A stretch of DNA of 32,000 bases from Nitrososphaera viennensis EN76 (GTDB taxonomy: Archaea; Thermoproteota; Nitrososphaeria; Nitrososphaerales; Nitrososphaeraceae): the NCBI RefSeq assembly GCF_000698785.1, contig NZ_CP007536.1, positions 1,230,001 through 1,262,000 of the forward strand. Reading direction: 5' to 3'. This document shows, piece after piece, positions 25,575 to 32,000 of the stretch; the first letter of the stretch is position 1; every line of letters starts with the position of its first letter. The notes beneath the pieces were generated by a model. The model did no database searches and was not told the origin of the DNA. It saw only the letters and a program-made list of their open reading frames with translations. Both the position numbers and the translations under genes were made by a program.

Positions 25575-25608
25575 ATCACCATCATCATTATCGTCATCGT
25601 CATCATCA
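25575..25608 (-). repeat. TGA/GAT trinucleotide tract starting at the DUR3-USP stop codon
   Basis: The minus strand in frame reads TGA TGA TGA CGA TGA CGA TAA TGA TGA TGG TGA. It shares the octamer TGACGATG with tracts at 1589-1613, 15728-15763 and 31321-31353. Confidence 0.7.
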
Positions 25609-27927
25609 CTTCATCAGCACCACAGGCGTTGACGAAGTCTTTAGCACCTTTCGGGTCACGCTCCCCATCTCTGCTGCTCTGTTGTTGATTCCGTTAATCC
25701 CCATCACGATCATGCTTGCCCCGATTTTTTCTGCAACTTCAACGATCTTGGAGGCAGGGTCTCCCATCTTTACAATCCTCACATATTCTCCTGCCCTGCG
25801 CGGGACTATTACGCTGTTGAGCAGGATCCTCCCCTCCTTTTCCATCCTGGAGGTCAGTTCCTCATCGACTGACTCGTCGCTTTCTTCTTCCGGCCATTCG
25901 ATAACGTAGAGCAGGTATATCTTTGCCTCGTTTATGCCGTAGATGTTTGTTGCATAGTTGAGCGCGCGCAGCGACTGCCCCGACCCATCTATCGGTACGA
26001 GGATCCTTTTGGCATAGTACAGCTCGTCAGAAGTGGCAGCCGGCTTTGGAGGTCCTTCCATGTCCTGCGTGGCAATTGCGTTTGTCTTTTGGCCCATGAT
26101 GTGCAGGACCTTGGTGATCCCGACTCGGGCCTCGATCAAAGGCAGGAATATGATAACTGCTGCTGCAGATCCTGCCCACGCCACTGCAATTCCAACCCAT
26201 ATAGTGTAGGTTGTTTCGGTAAAGACATAGCCGGAAAGGTAAAGCGGCATCGGCCAGGCCACGACCAGAACGAGCGTGAGGGCAATGGCGGCTTTGTAGC
26301 CAACCTTGAGAGATTTCTTCAGGTATTCCTCGTTTTCGCTTTCAAACAACCCCTTGATCTTTCCGTCGACAACCAGTATCTTTTGCTTCATGAGGCTCAG
26401 GTCAAAGTTGCTTGGCCTGATGGTACTCCCTATCAGGGCGACGGCCGCCCCGACAAATATGGACGAAAGGTTGCCTGCAAGCAGAGGTATGTCATGTCCG
26501 GTAGAGTGGACCGATATTTCGCCATAGAGCACGTACGCGGTTCCCACCCACACGCTCACGCCGCAGACAAGGCCGGCCAAGGCGCCGGCCGTGGCAGCAA
26601 CCCTGTTTGTCTTTTTCCACAGGACAAGCGTGACTGGGACCACAGCGGAACCTATCAGGACTCCCATCGCAAGGTAGACGTACTGGAGGCTGACTCCGAT
26701 CTGGAGAAGCACCAGCGCCAGCACCCCCATGCCGATGCCAAAGGCCACTATCGAATAGCGCGAAATGCGCATCAGCTCCCTGCCGCTTGCCGACGGCTTT
26801 AGGTAGGTCCTGTAAACGTCGTACGTGACGAGCGACGAGACCGCGACAAGCTCTGCAGAGCCGGCCGCAGTGACGGCCGTGAACAGTATGGTGAGCATGA
26901 GTATGGCTCCAAGTTCTCCAAGGACGTGCGAGGCAGCCGTGGGAGCCACCAGCCCCATACTGATCTCTTCTGGAGTGAGCTGCACGTTGACCGCGACTGC
27001 GGCAAGCCCAAGCGTCGTGGCAAGGGTAAACGGTATGGCAAACCATGCGAGGCCGCCTGCAAGGAAGCCCTTGAATGCAGAGCGCGGCCCTGCAGCTATT
27101 GCGCGCTGCCAGTATGCCTGATCCACAAAAACGGTCCCGAAGTTTCCTGCTATGTTTATCACGCCAAATATCAGTGCGCCAGTAGACGCCAGCGTCAGGT
27201 ACGAACCTGTCGCGTTGCCTTCAACCGGGCGAAGCGCCGCGGCGGTGCTCAGCTTTTCAAACATGCCAGAAATCCCGCCTATCTTGGGATCGATAAAGTA
27301 CACTGCCGTGACAAAGACCAGCACGACGATAAAGAGGAAAACCGTGTTCATGTACTCTGCAAGAAAGGTCGCCTTGAGCCCTCCAGAGAACGTGTAGATT
27401 ATCACGCCTATAGGGATGAGAAAGGCGGCAAGCGAGATGTTTATCCCGGTCAGCGAGCTTAGAGCTGCGGCCCCTCCTAGGACAAGCATCGCGGTGACAA
27501 CTGTGTTGGTCATTAGCGCAAAGAAGAGGAACACCTTGTGGGAGCCCTTGCCAAACCGAGCGTAGATTATCTCCGGAAAGGTGTGGGACGAGGGGGCCTT
27601 GCGCTTGAGCTCTGTGGCAAGAATTGCAAACAGGACCACCTGTATGCTGGCCCCTGCCGCGTACCAGAACGGCCCGCTGACTCCAAACTGGTAGGCAACT
27701 GTGGAGGACTGGAGGAGAGTTGCCGCCCATGTCCATGCCGACACCACCGACGACGCTATCAGCCCGACCTTTACGGACCTTCCAGCAGTTGAGAACCATT
27801 CAAAGGTCTTCTTGGTGCCAAGCCATTTGGTCTCCACCCTTACCAGCAGGATAACTGCAAGCGCCATGACCAGTCCCACTCCAAGGAGGATAAAGTATCC
27901 CAGACCTTCGGAGAGGACTACTTCCAT
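25606..27927 (-). CDS. dur3: DUR3-type SSS urea transporter fused to a C-terminal universal stress protein domain
   Basis: STAGRSVKVGLIASSVVSAWTWAATLLQSSTVAYQFGVSGPFWYAAGASIQ is the DUR3 signature region as I recall it. The last ~140 aa (ILVPIDGSGQS...MIVMGINGINNRAAEMGSVTRKVLKTSSTPVVLMK) form a USP domain. Confidence 0.9.
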   Translation of the reverse strand: MEVVLSEGLGYFILLGVGLVMALAVILLVRVETKWLGTKKTFEWFSTAGRSVKVGLIASSVVSAWTWAATLLQSSTVAYQFGVSGPFWYAAGASIQVVLFAILATELKRKAPSSHTFPEIIYARFGKGSHKVFLFFALMTNTVVTAMLVLGGAAALSSLTGINISLAAFLIPIGVIIYTFSGGLKATFLAEYMNTVFLFIVVLVFVTAVYFIDPKIGGISGMFEKLSTAAALRPVEGNATGSYLTLASTGALIFGVINIAGNFGTVFVDQAYWQRAIAAGPRSAFKGFLAGGLAWFAIPFTLATTLGLAAVAVNVQLTPEEISMGLVAPTAASHVLGELGAILMLTILFTAVTAAGSAELVAVSSLVTYDVYRTYLKPSASGRELMRISRYSIVAFGIGMGVLALVLLQIGVSLQYVYLAMGVLIGSAVVPVTLVLWKKTNRVAATAGALAGLVCGVSVWVGTAYVLYGEISVHSTGHDIPLLAGNLSSIFVGAAVALIGSTIRPSNFDLSLMKQKILVVDGKIKGLFESENEEYLKKSLKVGYKAAIALTLVLVVAWPMPLYLSGYVFTETTYTIWVGIAVAWAGSAAAVIIFLPLIEARVGITKVLHIMGQKTNAIATQDMEGPPKPAATSDELYYAKRILVPIDGSGQSLRALNYATNIYGINEAKIYLLYVIEWPEEESDESVDEELTSRMEKEGRILLNSVIVPRRAGEYVRIVKMGDPASKIVEVAEKIGASMIVMGINGINNRAAEMGSVTRKVLKTSSTPVVLMK

Positions 27928-27945
27928 GCCCGTAAGAATGTCAAC

Positions 27946-27958
27946 AAAAATTTAAAGG
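27946..27958 (-). promoter_or_regulatory. TATA-like box of the DUR3-USP gene
   Basis: The minus strand reads cctttaaattttt, centred about 25 nt upstream of the ATG at 27927. This is consistent with a leaderless or short-leader mRNA. Confidence 0.4.
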
Positions 27959-28015
27959 TGTATAAGGTTAGGGCGCCTGCCTAACATACGTTGTAATAAA
28001 CGTATAACTGACAAG

Positions 28016-28030
28016 ATAATTTTCAAAATT
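28016..28030 (+). promoter_or_regulatory. 15-nt AT-rich near-palindrome ATAATTTTCAAAATT upstream of the Lrp-like gene
   Basis: The identical 15-mer, in the same orientation relative to the gene, lies upstream of the ParB-like gene at 29550-29564. This copy is 42-56 nt upstream of the ATG at 28072, just upstream of the TATA-like ctatata at 28043-28049. Confidence 0.5.
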
Positions 28031-28071
28031 ACTTGAAAACACCTATATACAAACCCTGATAACCCCACTTG

Positions 28072-28611
28072 ATGCCCGACGACATTGACGAGCTGCTCCT
28101 CTCGGCGCTGAGCAGGAATGCAAAGCAAGACCCTCTGGAGATCTGGGACTTTTTAAAAGGGCATGGCCACGACGTCCCGATAGAGGAGATCGAGTCGAGA
28201 ATAACCAAGCTCGAAAATGACGGCGTCATAACCGGCTACACTATATCAGTGGACACTAGAAAGCTGAGGCGCAGGGTCATCAGGGTCGTGCTGGCAACAT
28301 TCAAGACCTCGCAGCACCTTCCAAAAAGGCTGGAAGGGTTGAAAAAGTACGTAGCCGACGCGCCCTTTGTGCTGTTCTCGGGCCGCACAAGGGGAGGGTA
28401 TGACTGGATATGCGTCCAGGCGTTTCCATCCGAGGAGATGGCCGACGAGGAGAGCGATATCTACAGGAACCTTTTTGGCGACATCATACAATCCTACCAG
28501 GTGTACGACTTTATGCCCGTGAAGGACCCTTCCTTCCACTCGCTTGCATACACCAGCAAGGAATACAAAAGATTCCTTGACGAATGGATACCGCCATTTC
28601 TACCCAGATAG
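28072..28611 (+). CDS. Lrp/AsnC-family transcription regulator-like protein with a C-terminal extension
   Basis: DELLLSALSRNAKQDPLEIWDFL...IESRITKLENDGVITGYTISVDTRKL is an Lrp-type wHTH, followed by a RAM-like domain. The ATG at 28072 lies 26 nt downstream of ctatata. Confidence 0.75.
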   Translation: MPDDIDELLLSALSRNAKQDPLEIWDFLKGHGHDVPIEEIESRITKLENDGVITGYTISVDTRKLRRRVIRVVLATFKTSQHLPKRLEGLKKYVADAPFVLFSGRTRGGYDWICVQAFPSEEMADEESDIYRNLFGDIIQSYQVYDFMPVKDPSFHSLAYTSKEYKRFLDEWIPPFLPR

Positions 28612-28636
28612 ATAATAGGTAGCAAAAGGAAGCTAT

Positions 28637-29500
28637 CTAGCTTCTGTGCTGTTTTGCGCTGCTGTTCTTGAAGCGTATGCTGTCATCTATCAGCGAATGA
28701 ACTTTCAGCCGGACCCCCATCAAAAAGTTGATAATTTCGGCTCGCTGGTCCGGCTCGACGGTGCTGTGGACTTCGTTTATGAGGTTGTCTATCCTGTTCA
28801 GCGCGATCTTTAGGGTCAGGTACGTCTTGCGTGCTATGACTGGCGCCCTCGACTTTGCCGCGACGACAAGATCATCGTGACTTTCCTGATTCAGAGCGTT
28901 CTTCAGTTCACGGATCTGCCTTACCGTCAGGTCGTTGTTCATGATGTGCTCCACTATCATGGACTGCTTTTCATGCGAGATCTGGGCTATCTCGATCGCC
29001 TGGCTGACATTGATGGATCTGTTCGCTATCTTTTCCTTGATCTCGTCAGGGAGCCTCAGCAGCTGCATGTGGTGCGAGACGTATTCCTCGCTTTTGCCTA
29101 TCTTTTTTGCAAGCTCTGTCACACCTCCCCACCCAAAATCCACTATGTATCTCCGGAACGCTTCTGCCTCTTCCAGAGGATCCATCGATTTTCTCTGGAC
29201 ATTTTCAGTGAGCTGGATTTCGTATGATTGCTTGTCTGTTAGCTCTCTTATTTTTGCTGGAATGAATCGCCATCGCAGGTTCTTGCAGGCATGGAACCTC
29301 CTGTGGCCCGCCACTATTTCAAAGCCGACAGTGAGCGGCCTGATGAGTATCGGCTGCAGCAGGCCGTGCTCGCGGATACTGTTAACCAGCGTCTCGAAAT
29401 CTGGATCGTCTTTCTGAAATGTGTCACGGATTGCAAACTGGGACGGCCGGATCATCTTCATCTCAATTTGCTCGACAACACTCGAATCGATAAATTCCAT
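28637..29500 (-). CDS. ParB/Spo0J-like protein (ParB N-terminal domain + HTH), no ParA nearby
   Basis: LVNSIREHGLLQPILIRP, EIVAGHRRFHACKNL (GxRR box) and the HTH region VTELAKKIGKSEEYVSHHMQLLRLPDEIKEKI. Confidence 0.8.
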   Translation of the reverse strand: MEFIDSSVVEQIEMKMIRPSQFAIRDTFQKDDPDFETLVNSIREHGLLQPILIRPLTVGFEIVAGHRRFHACKNLRWRFIPAKIRELTDKQSYEIQLTENVQRKSMDPLEEAEAFRRYIVDFGWGGVTELAKKIGKSEEYVSHHMQLLRLPDEIKEKIANRSINVSQAIEIAQISHEKQSMIVEHIMNNDLTVRQIRELKNALNQESHDDLVVAAKSRAPVIARKTYLTLKIALNRIDNLINEVHSTVEPDQRAEIINFLMGVRLKVHSLIDDSIRFKNSSAKQHRS

Positions 29501-29549
29501 TGTGATAATACTTTTTCGATGCTACTTATCTTTTGCTTGCTGTACCATA

Positions 29550-29564
29550 AATTTTGAAAATTAT
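29550..29564 (-). promoter_or_regulatory. second copy of the 15-nt motif (the minus strand reads ATAATTTTCAAAATT) upstream of the ParB-like gene
   Basis: The plus strand reads AATTTTGAAAATTAT, inside a 20-nt imperfect palindrome at 29546-29565. It lies 50-64 nt upstream of the ATG at 29500. Confidence 0.5.
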
Positions 29565-29664
29565 GATATAGTAAACATCATTTCTGAAAAAGTTTACAGG
29601 AATTTCTAGCTACATAAAATTTATATTAATAGAAGTATTTTTTCTATATCCTATATGATTTATT

Positions 29665-30303
29665 CTATTTTCCATAACGTTTTTTTGCATAAAAGAGCTC
29701 TTCTGGCAGGAATAGATCTGCAATGTCCTCGGGCAGCAATGCGTACTCGATGGTTGCTTTTCCGGTCGCCAGGTCCTTTAGAAAGTCATCATCATTGTCA
29801 TTGCCACCTACCATCTTTGCCAGCCGCCGGACAGGATTGACATAGAGCTCTTCCACCCAGTATGGAGGCCAGGCCATCGCATACCGGTGCTTTTCGGTTA
29901 ACTTGTACGTAAAGTACCATGCCAAGCCCTCCCTGAGCTGGTGAGGGAGGCTTTTGCTGATGATGCTGTGAATTAATTCGTGTAGATAATGGCCGAATTT
30001 TGCCGCATCGAACCTGATCACGATTTCTCGCAGCCGGTAGTCGGTTATCCCAACGAGTTTTGCTCCAGCCGGCAGGGACAGGTTGGACCCTTCTTTTCTT
30101 GCCACAACCTGTACCTCCATTTCCCAGGTTCCCCTGCAGATCAGTATGTCAAAAGAAGAAGCAACGCCAAAGTAGTCGTAAATGACTTTGTTGGCATGCT
30201 CTATCAAAAGGAAAACATTTTGCATTTCTTGCAACGAAGTTTCAGTTAGAAAAGTTACGACGGACCCGGACATTGGAAGGCTATGTACGGCAAAGTATCC
30301 CAT
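29665..30303 (-). CDS. putative gluzincin-type metallopeptidase (peptidase MA-like, HExxH)
   Basis: GHYLHELIHSIISKSLPHQLREGLAWYF has HExxH plus a downstream EGLAxY third-ligand region. No signal peptide. Confidence 0.55.
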   Translation of the reverse strand: MGYFAVHSLPMSGSVVTFLTETSLQEMQNVFLLIEHANKVIYDYFGVASSFDILICRGTWEMEVQVVARKEGSNLSLPAGAKLVGITDYRLREIVIRFDAAKFGHYLHELIHSIISKSLPHQLREGLAWYFTYKLTEKHRYAMAWPPYWVEELYVNPVRRLAKMVGGNDNDDDFLKDLATGKATIEYALLPEDIADLFLPEELFYAKKRYGK

Positions 30304-30395
30304 TCATCACATAAAAGTCCTGCGTTGGTTACGAAATACCAGAGATTAGTTTGCCGAACAATTCCGGGGCTTGCACAAAGCAGGCTTTTGCAGCA

Positions 30396-30599
30396 TCAGT
30401 GGAGGTAAGACTCGCCGCTCTTCATGATGTGCTTTGCATCATTGAGTGAAAGCATGCCCTTTGCGACCATTATCCTCAAAAGCATGGGTACGACGTTTTC
30501 CATGTTATACGGAAGCCGCGTGTCCATGAACAGCGATGGCGGGGGGAGCTTCTCATCTGAAATGATGGAATTGTTTTTCTCGGTTTCTCCTGACAACAT
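30396..30599 (-). CDS. hypothetical small protein (67 aa)
   Basis: ATG ORF in an AT-rich segment with an AT-rich upstream region. No family recognised. Confidence 0.3.
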   Translation of the reverse strand: MLSGETEKNNSIISDEKLPPPSLFMDTRLPYNMENVVPMLLRIMVAKGMLSLNDAKHIMKSGESYLH

Positions 30600-30786
30600 A
30601 TGACAATTACAAGATTGACGTATTTATATAATACTTTTTTATAAGTATACTACGTAATTTTATGAAAACAATCGAGGAATAGGCAAAGTAGTTTACGGAT
30701 AATCGTCGATTGCCTGTGGCAAGCAGGGAATTAGCGGCTGTACAGGTGCGCGACAAGGCAAAATCGAGTGGATGAGGAGAAAGGGC

Positions 30787-31263
30787 CTAGCGCACCACAA
30801 GAACGGGGCAGGGTGAGTGGTTTATCACGGCGTTTGTGACGCTTCCAACCAAGAGTTTCTTGAACGTGGACTGGCCCCTTGAGCCCATGACGATAAGATC
30901 CACGTTATTTTTCTTGGCATATTCTGTTATCACGCCCACTTCGTGGGTACCGTCGTCAGGCAGTATTTCGGCTTTGGCGCTAACGTTCTGCTTGGCGGCA
31001 TCGTCTACTATATCAGACATCCACCGCTCAGCGGACTTTATCCTTGCTCTCCGAAAGCCCTCGACGAGCCGGACGTTGCCGTACCGGGCCTGGAGGCCTA
31101 TGGCGCCTCCCTGCTTGACATTTTCGACGACGTGCATGATGACCAGCTTGGCACCCTCCACCTTTGCAATGTGTACTGCATATTGCGCGGCCTTGCTGGA
31201 AACAGGCGATCCGTCAACAGGGACGAGGATCTTTTTCACCGAGACGTCTGCTGCGCCGGTCAT
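30787..31263 (-). CDS. universal stress protein (UspA family, ATP-binding type)
   Basis: KILVPVDGSPVS and VMGSRGQSTFKKLLVGSVTNAVINHSPCPVLVVR, giving G-x2-G-x9-GS. Confidence 0.9.
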   Translation of the reverse strand: MTGAADVSVKKILVPVDGSPVSSKAAQYAVHIAKVEGAKLVIMHVVENVKQGGAIGLQARYGNVRLVEGFRRARIKSAERWMSDIVDDAAKQNVSAKAEILPDDGTHEVGVITEYAKKNNVDLIVMGSRGQSTFKKLLVGSVTNAVINHSPCPVLVVR

Positions 31264-31350
31264 GATGATGACAATTGTTATTTCGAGATCGCCTAGAAAA
31301 GTCTTGCCTGTTTAGCTGTAGATTACGCATCACAATTATCATTACCATCG

Positions 31351-31854
31351 TCAACCCCGCAGGAGCACATAGTCGCGCCCAAACACGAAACCGATCCACA
31401 TCAGCGCGCCCTTTTGGAACACGACTGCCATCTGCGATGCGATCTCGCCTGGCGCAACGTCGCTTTTGCCCTCCTTGCGCGCAAGGGCCATCTCGTCCGG
31501 CTGCACAAACAGCGGCATCTTGACCTCCGGCAGGCCTTTTTCCTTGCGCATGTGATTCAGCATATTCAGTATCAGATCAAGGTCATGCTTGACATCAGGG
31601 AGAAGCAGGTTTTCTCTGTATACGGCAACAATGTCGGTGGTGCCGCCGTTCTTGACCCTTGCGACCCGGAATAGCGCCGGGAGTTTTTTCCATTCGGGAT
31701 AAAATTCAGTCAGTGCCGAAACCAGCTCGTCGATTTCACCCCGGAAGGCCGACAGGTCGTCCTCGCTCCCGCGCTTTTGCCGCGCGATTATCTTTTCGAT
31801 CTCGGATTTTACCTGCAAAACGTCCTTGAGAGGCTTGACGTTAAAGAGCACCAC
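31351..31854 (-). CDS. hypothetical protein (167 aa)
   Basis: GTG-initiated ORF with no early ATG and plausible globular composition. Its stop opens a TGA CGA TGG TAA TGA TAA TTG TGA tract. Confidence 0.45.
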   Translation of the reverse strand: MVLFNVKPLKDVLQVKSEIEKIIARQKRGSEDDLSAFRGEIDELVSALTEFYPEWKKLPALFRVARVKNGGTTDIVAVYRENLLLPDVKHDLDLILNMLNHMRKEKGLPEVKMPLFVQPDEMALARKEGKSDVAPGEIASQMAVVFQKGALMWIGFVFGRDYVLLRG

Positions 31855-31908
31855 AAAGATAGGCGGCTCTTGCTTTTCAATGTTGCCGTGAAAAATGAAA
31901 AACGCAAG

Positions 31909-31917
31909 AAAAAAAAA
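31909..31917 (-). terminator. T9 run after the partial right-edge ORF
   Basis: A9 on the plus strand equals T9 on the minus strand, 10 nt downstream of the TAG at 31927-31929. Oligo-T tracts are the usual archaeal termination signal. Confidence 0.35.
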
Positions 31918-31926
31918 TTTATGCTG

Positions 31927-32000
31927 CTACTTGTGCGTCTTGTGTCGTGATTCTGGCCTTTCGTACGTCGTGCTTTCGATCCTTTCAAGGTCGCGCTCTA
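31927..32000 (-). CDS. 3' end of an unidentified gene entering from the right edge
   Basis: The minus frame is open from the window edge (...ERDLERIESTTYERPESRHKTHK) and ends at the TAG at 31927-31929. It is too short to classify. Confidence 0.2.
   Translation of the reverse strand, partial: ERDLERIESTTYERPESRHKTHK

Noticed and set aside
25574-25609. The plus-strand reading of the trinucleotide tract encodes HHHHHYRHRHHH, tempting as a Ni-binding peptide next to the urease locus.
   Set aside because: That frame is open from 25502 but has no ATG/GTG/TTG before 25682. It also runs antisense into the dur3-USP coding region. It is most simply the complement of the TGA/GAT tract.
25560-25610. 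GTGATGA-like words in the GAT/TGA tracts as C boxes of C/D-box sRNAs.
   Set aside because: No CTGA D or D' box lies at the required spacing in any of the four tracts. No terminal stem was seen.
28637-29700. A canonical parS (TGTTNCACGTGAAACA-like) near the ParB-like gene.
   Set aside because: None was found by eye anywhere in the window. Only AT-rich imperfect palindromes are present, and these are reported separately.
1-32000. tRNA, rRNA, CRISPR arrays, transposases or integrases.
   Set aside because: I saw no T-arm-like GGTTCGAATCC-type words, no regularly spaced direct repeats longer than 20 nt, and no recombinase motifs in any ORF. Small ncRNAs cannot be excluded without covariance-model searches.

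Overview
This is a 32-kb, gene-dense chromosomal segment with about 40 protein genes, mostly on the minus strand. It reads like an ammonia-oxidising archaeon of the Nitrososphaera type. That is an inference from archaeal informational genes (RpoP, class I LysRS, Elp3, thermosome) next to a urease/DUR3/UT urea locus, and it cannot be verified without a database. Layout, 1-15.4 kb: housekeeping genes and small regulators. These are the PPDK 3' part, MFS, VOC, DUF1428, a wHTH+MEDS pair, RpoP, a C2H2/zinc-ribbon pair, two convergent PII genes with an unlisted 51-aa RHH ORF between them, a secreted solenoid-like protein, SDR, HAD-DHH, and PurM-Elp3-LysRS. Layout, 15.9-28.6 kb: the urea utilisation locus. 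It runs ureA-ureB-ureC-[thermosome paralog]-[small ORF]-ureE-ureF-ureG-ureD, followed by a UT-type channel and an unknown 201-aa gene bracketed by 22-nt inverted repeats. Beyond these lie a DUR3-type SSS transporter fused to a USP domain and a divergent Lrp/AsnC-like regulator. Layout, 28.6-32 kb: a visibly AT-richer segment with an orphan ParB-like gene, an HExxH protein, a USP and hypotheticals. I recognised no rRNA, tRNA, CRISPR array, transposase or integrase. Best leads: (1) a divergent group II chaperonin plus a small unknown ORF inserted in the urease cluster, with promoter-like signals of their own; (2) a 21/22-nt inverted-repeat pair with a CGACGTCG core tightly bracketing the UT+unknown two-gene block; (3) an identical 15-nt AT-rich near-palindrome at the same distance and orientation upstream of the Lrp-like and ParB-like genes; (4) recurrent TGA/GAT trinucleotide tracts sharing TGACGATG, three of them starting exactly at a stop codon; (5) classical C2H2 zinc-finger proteins, one ATGA-coupled to a triple zinc-ribbon protein. 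All functional calls rest on motif recognition by eye. No homology search was possible.
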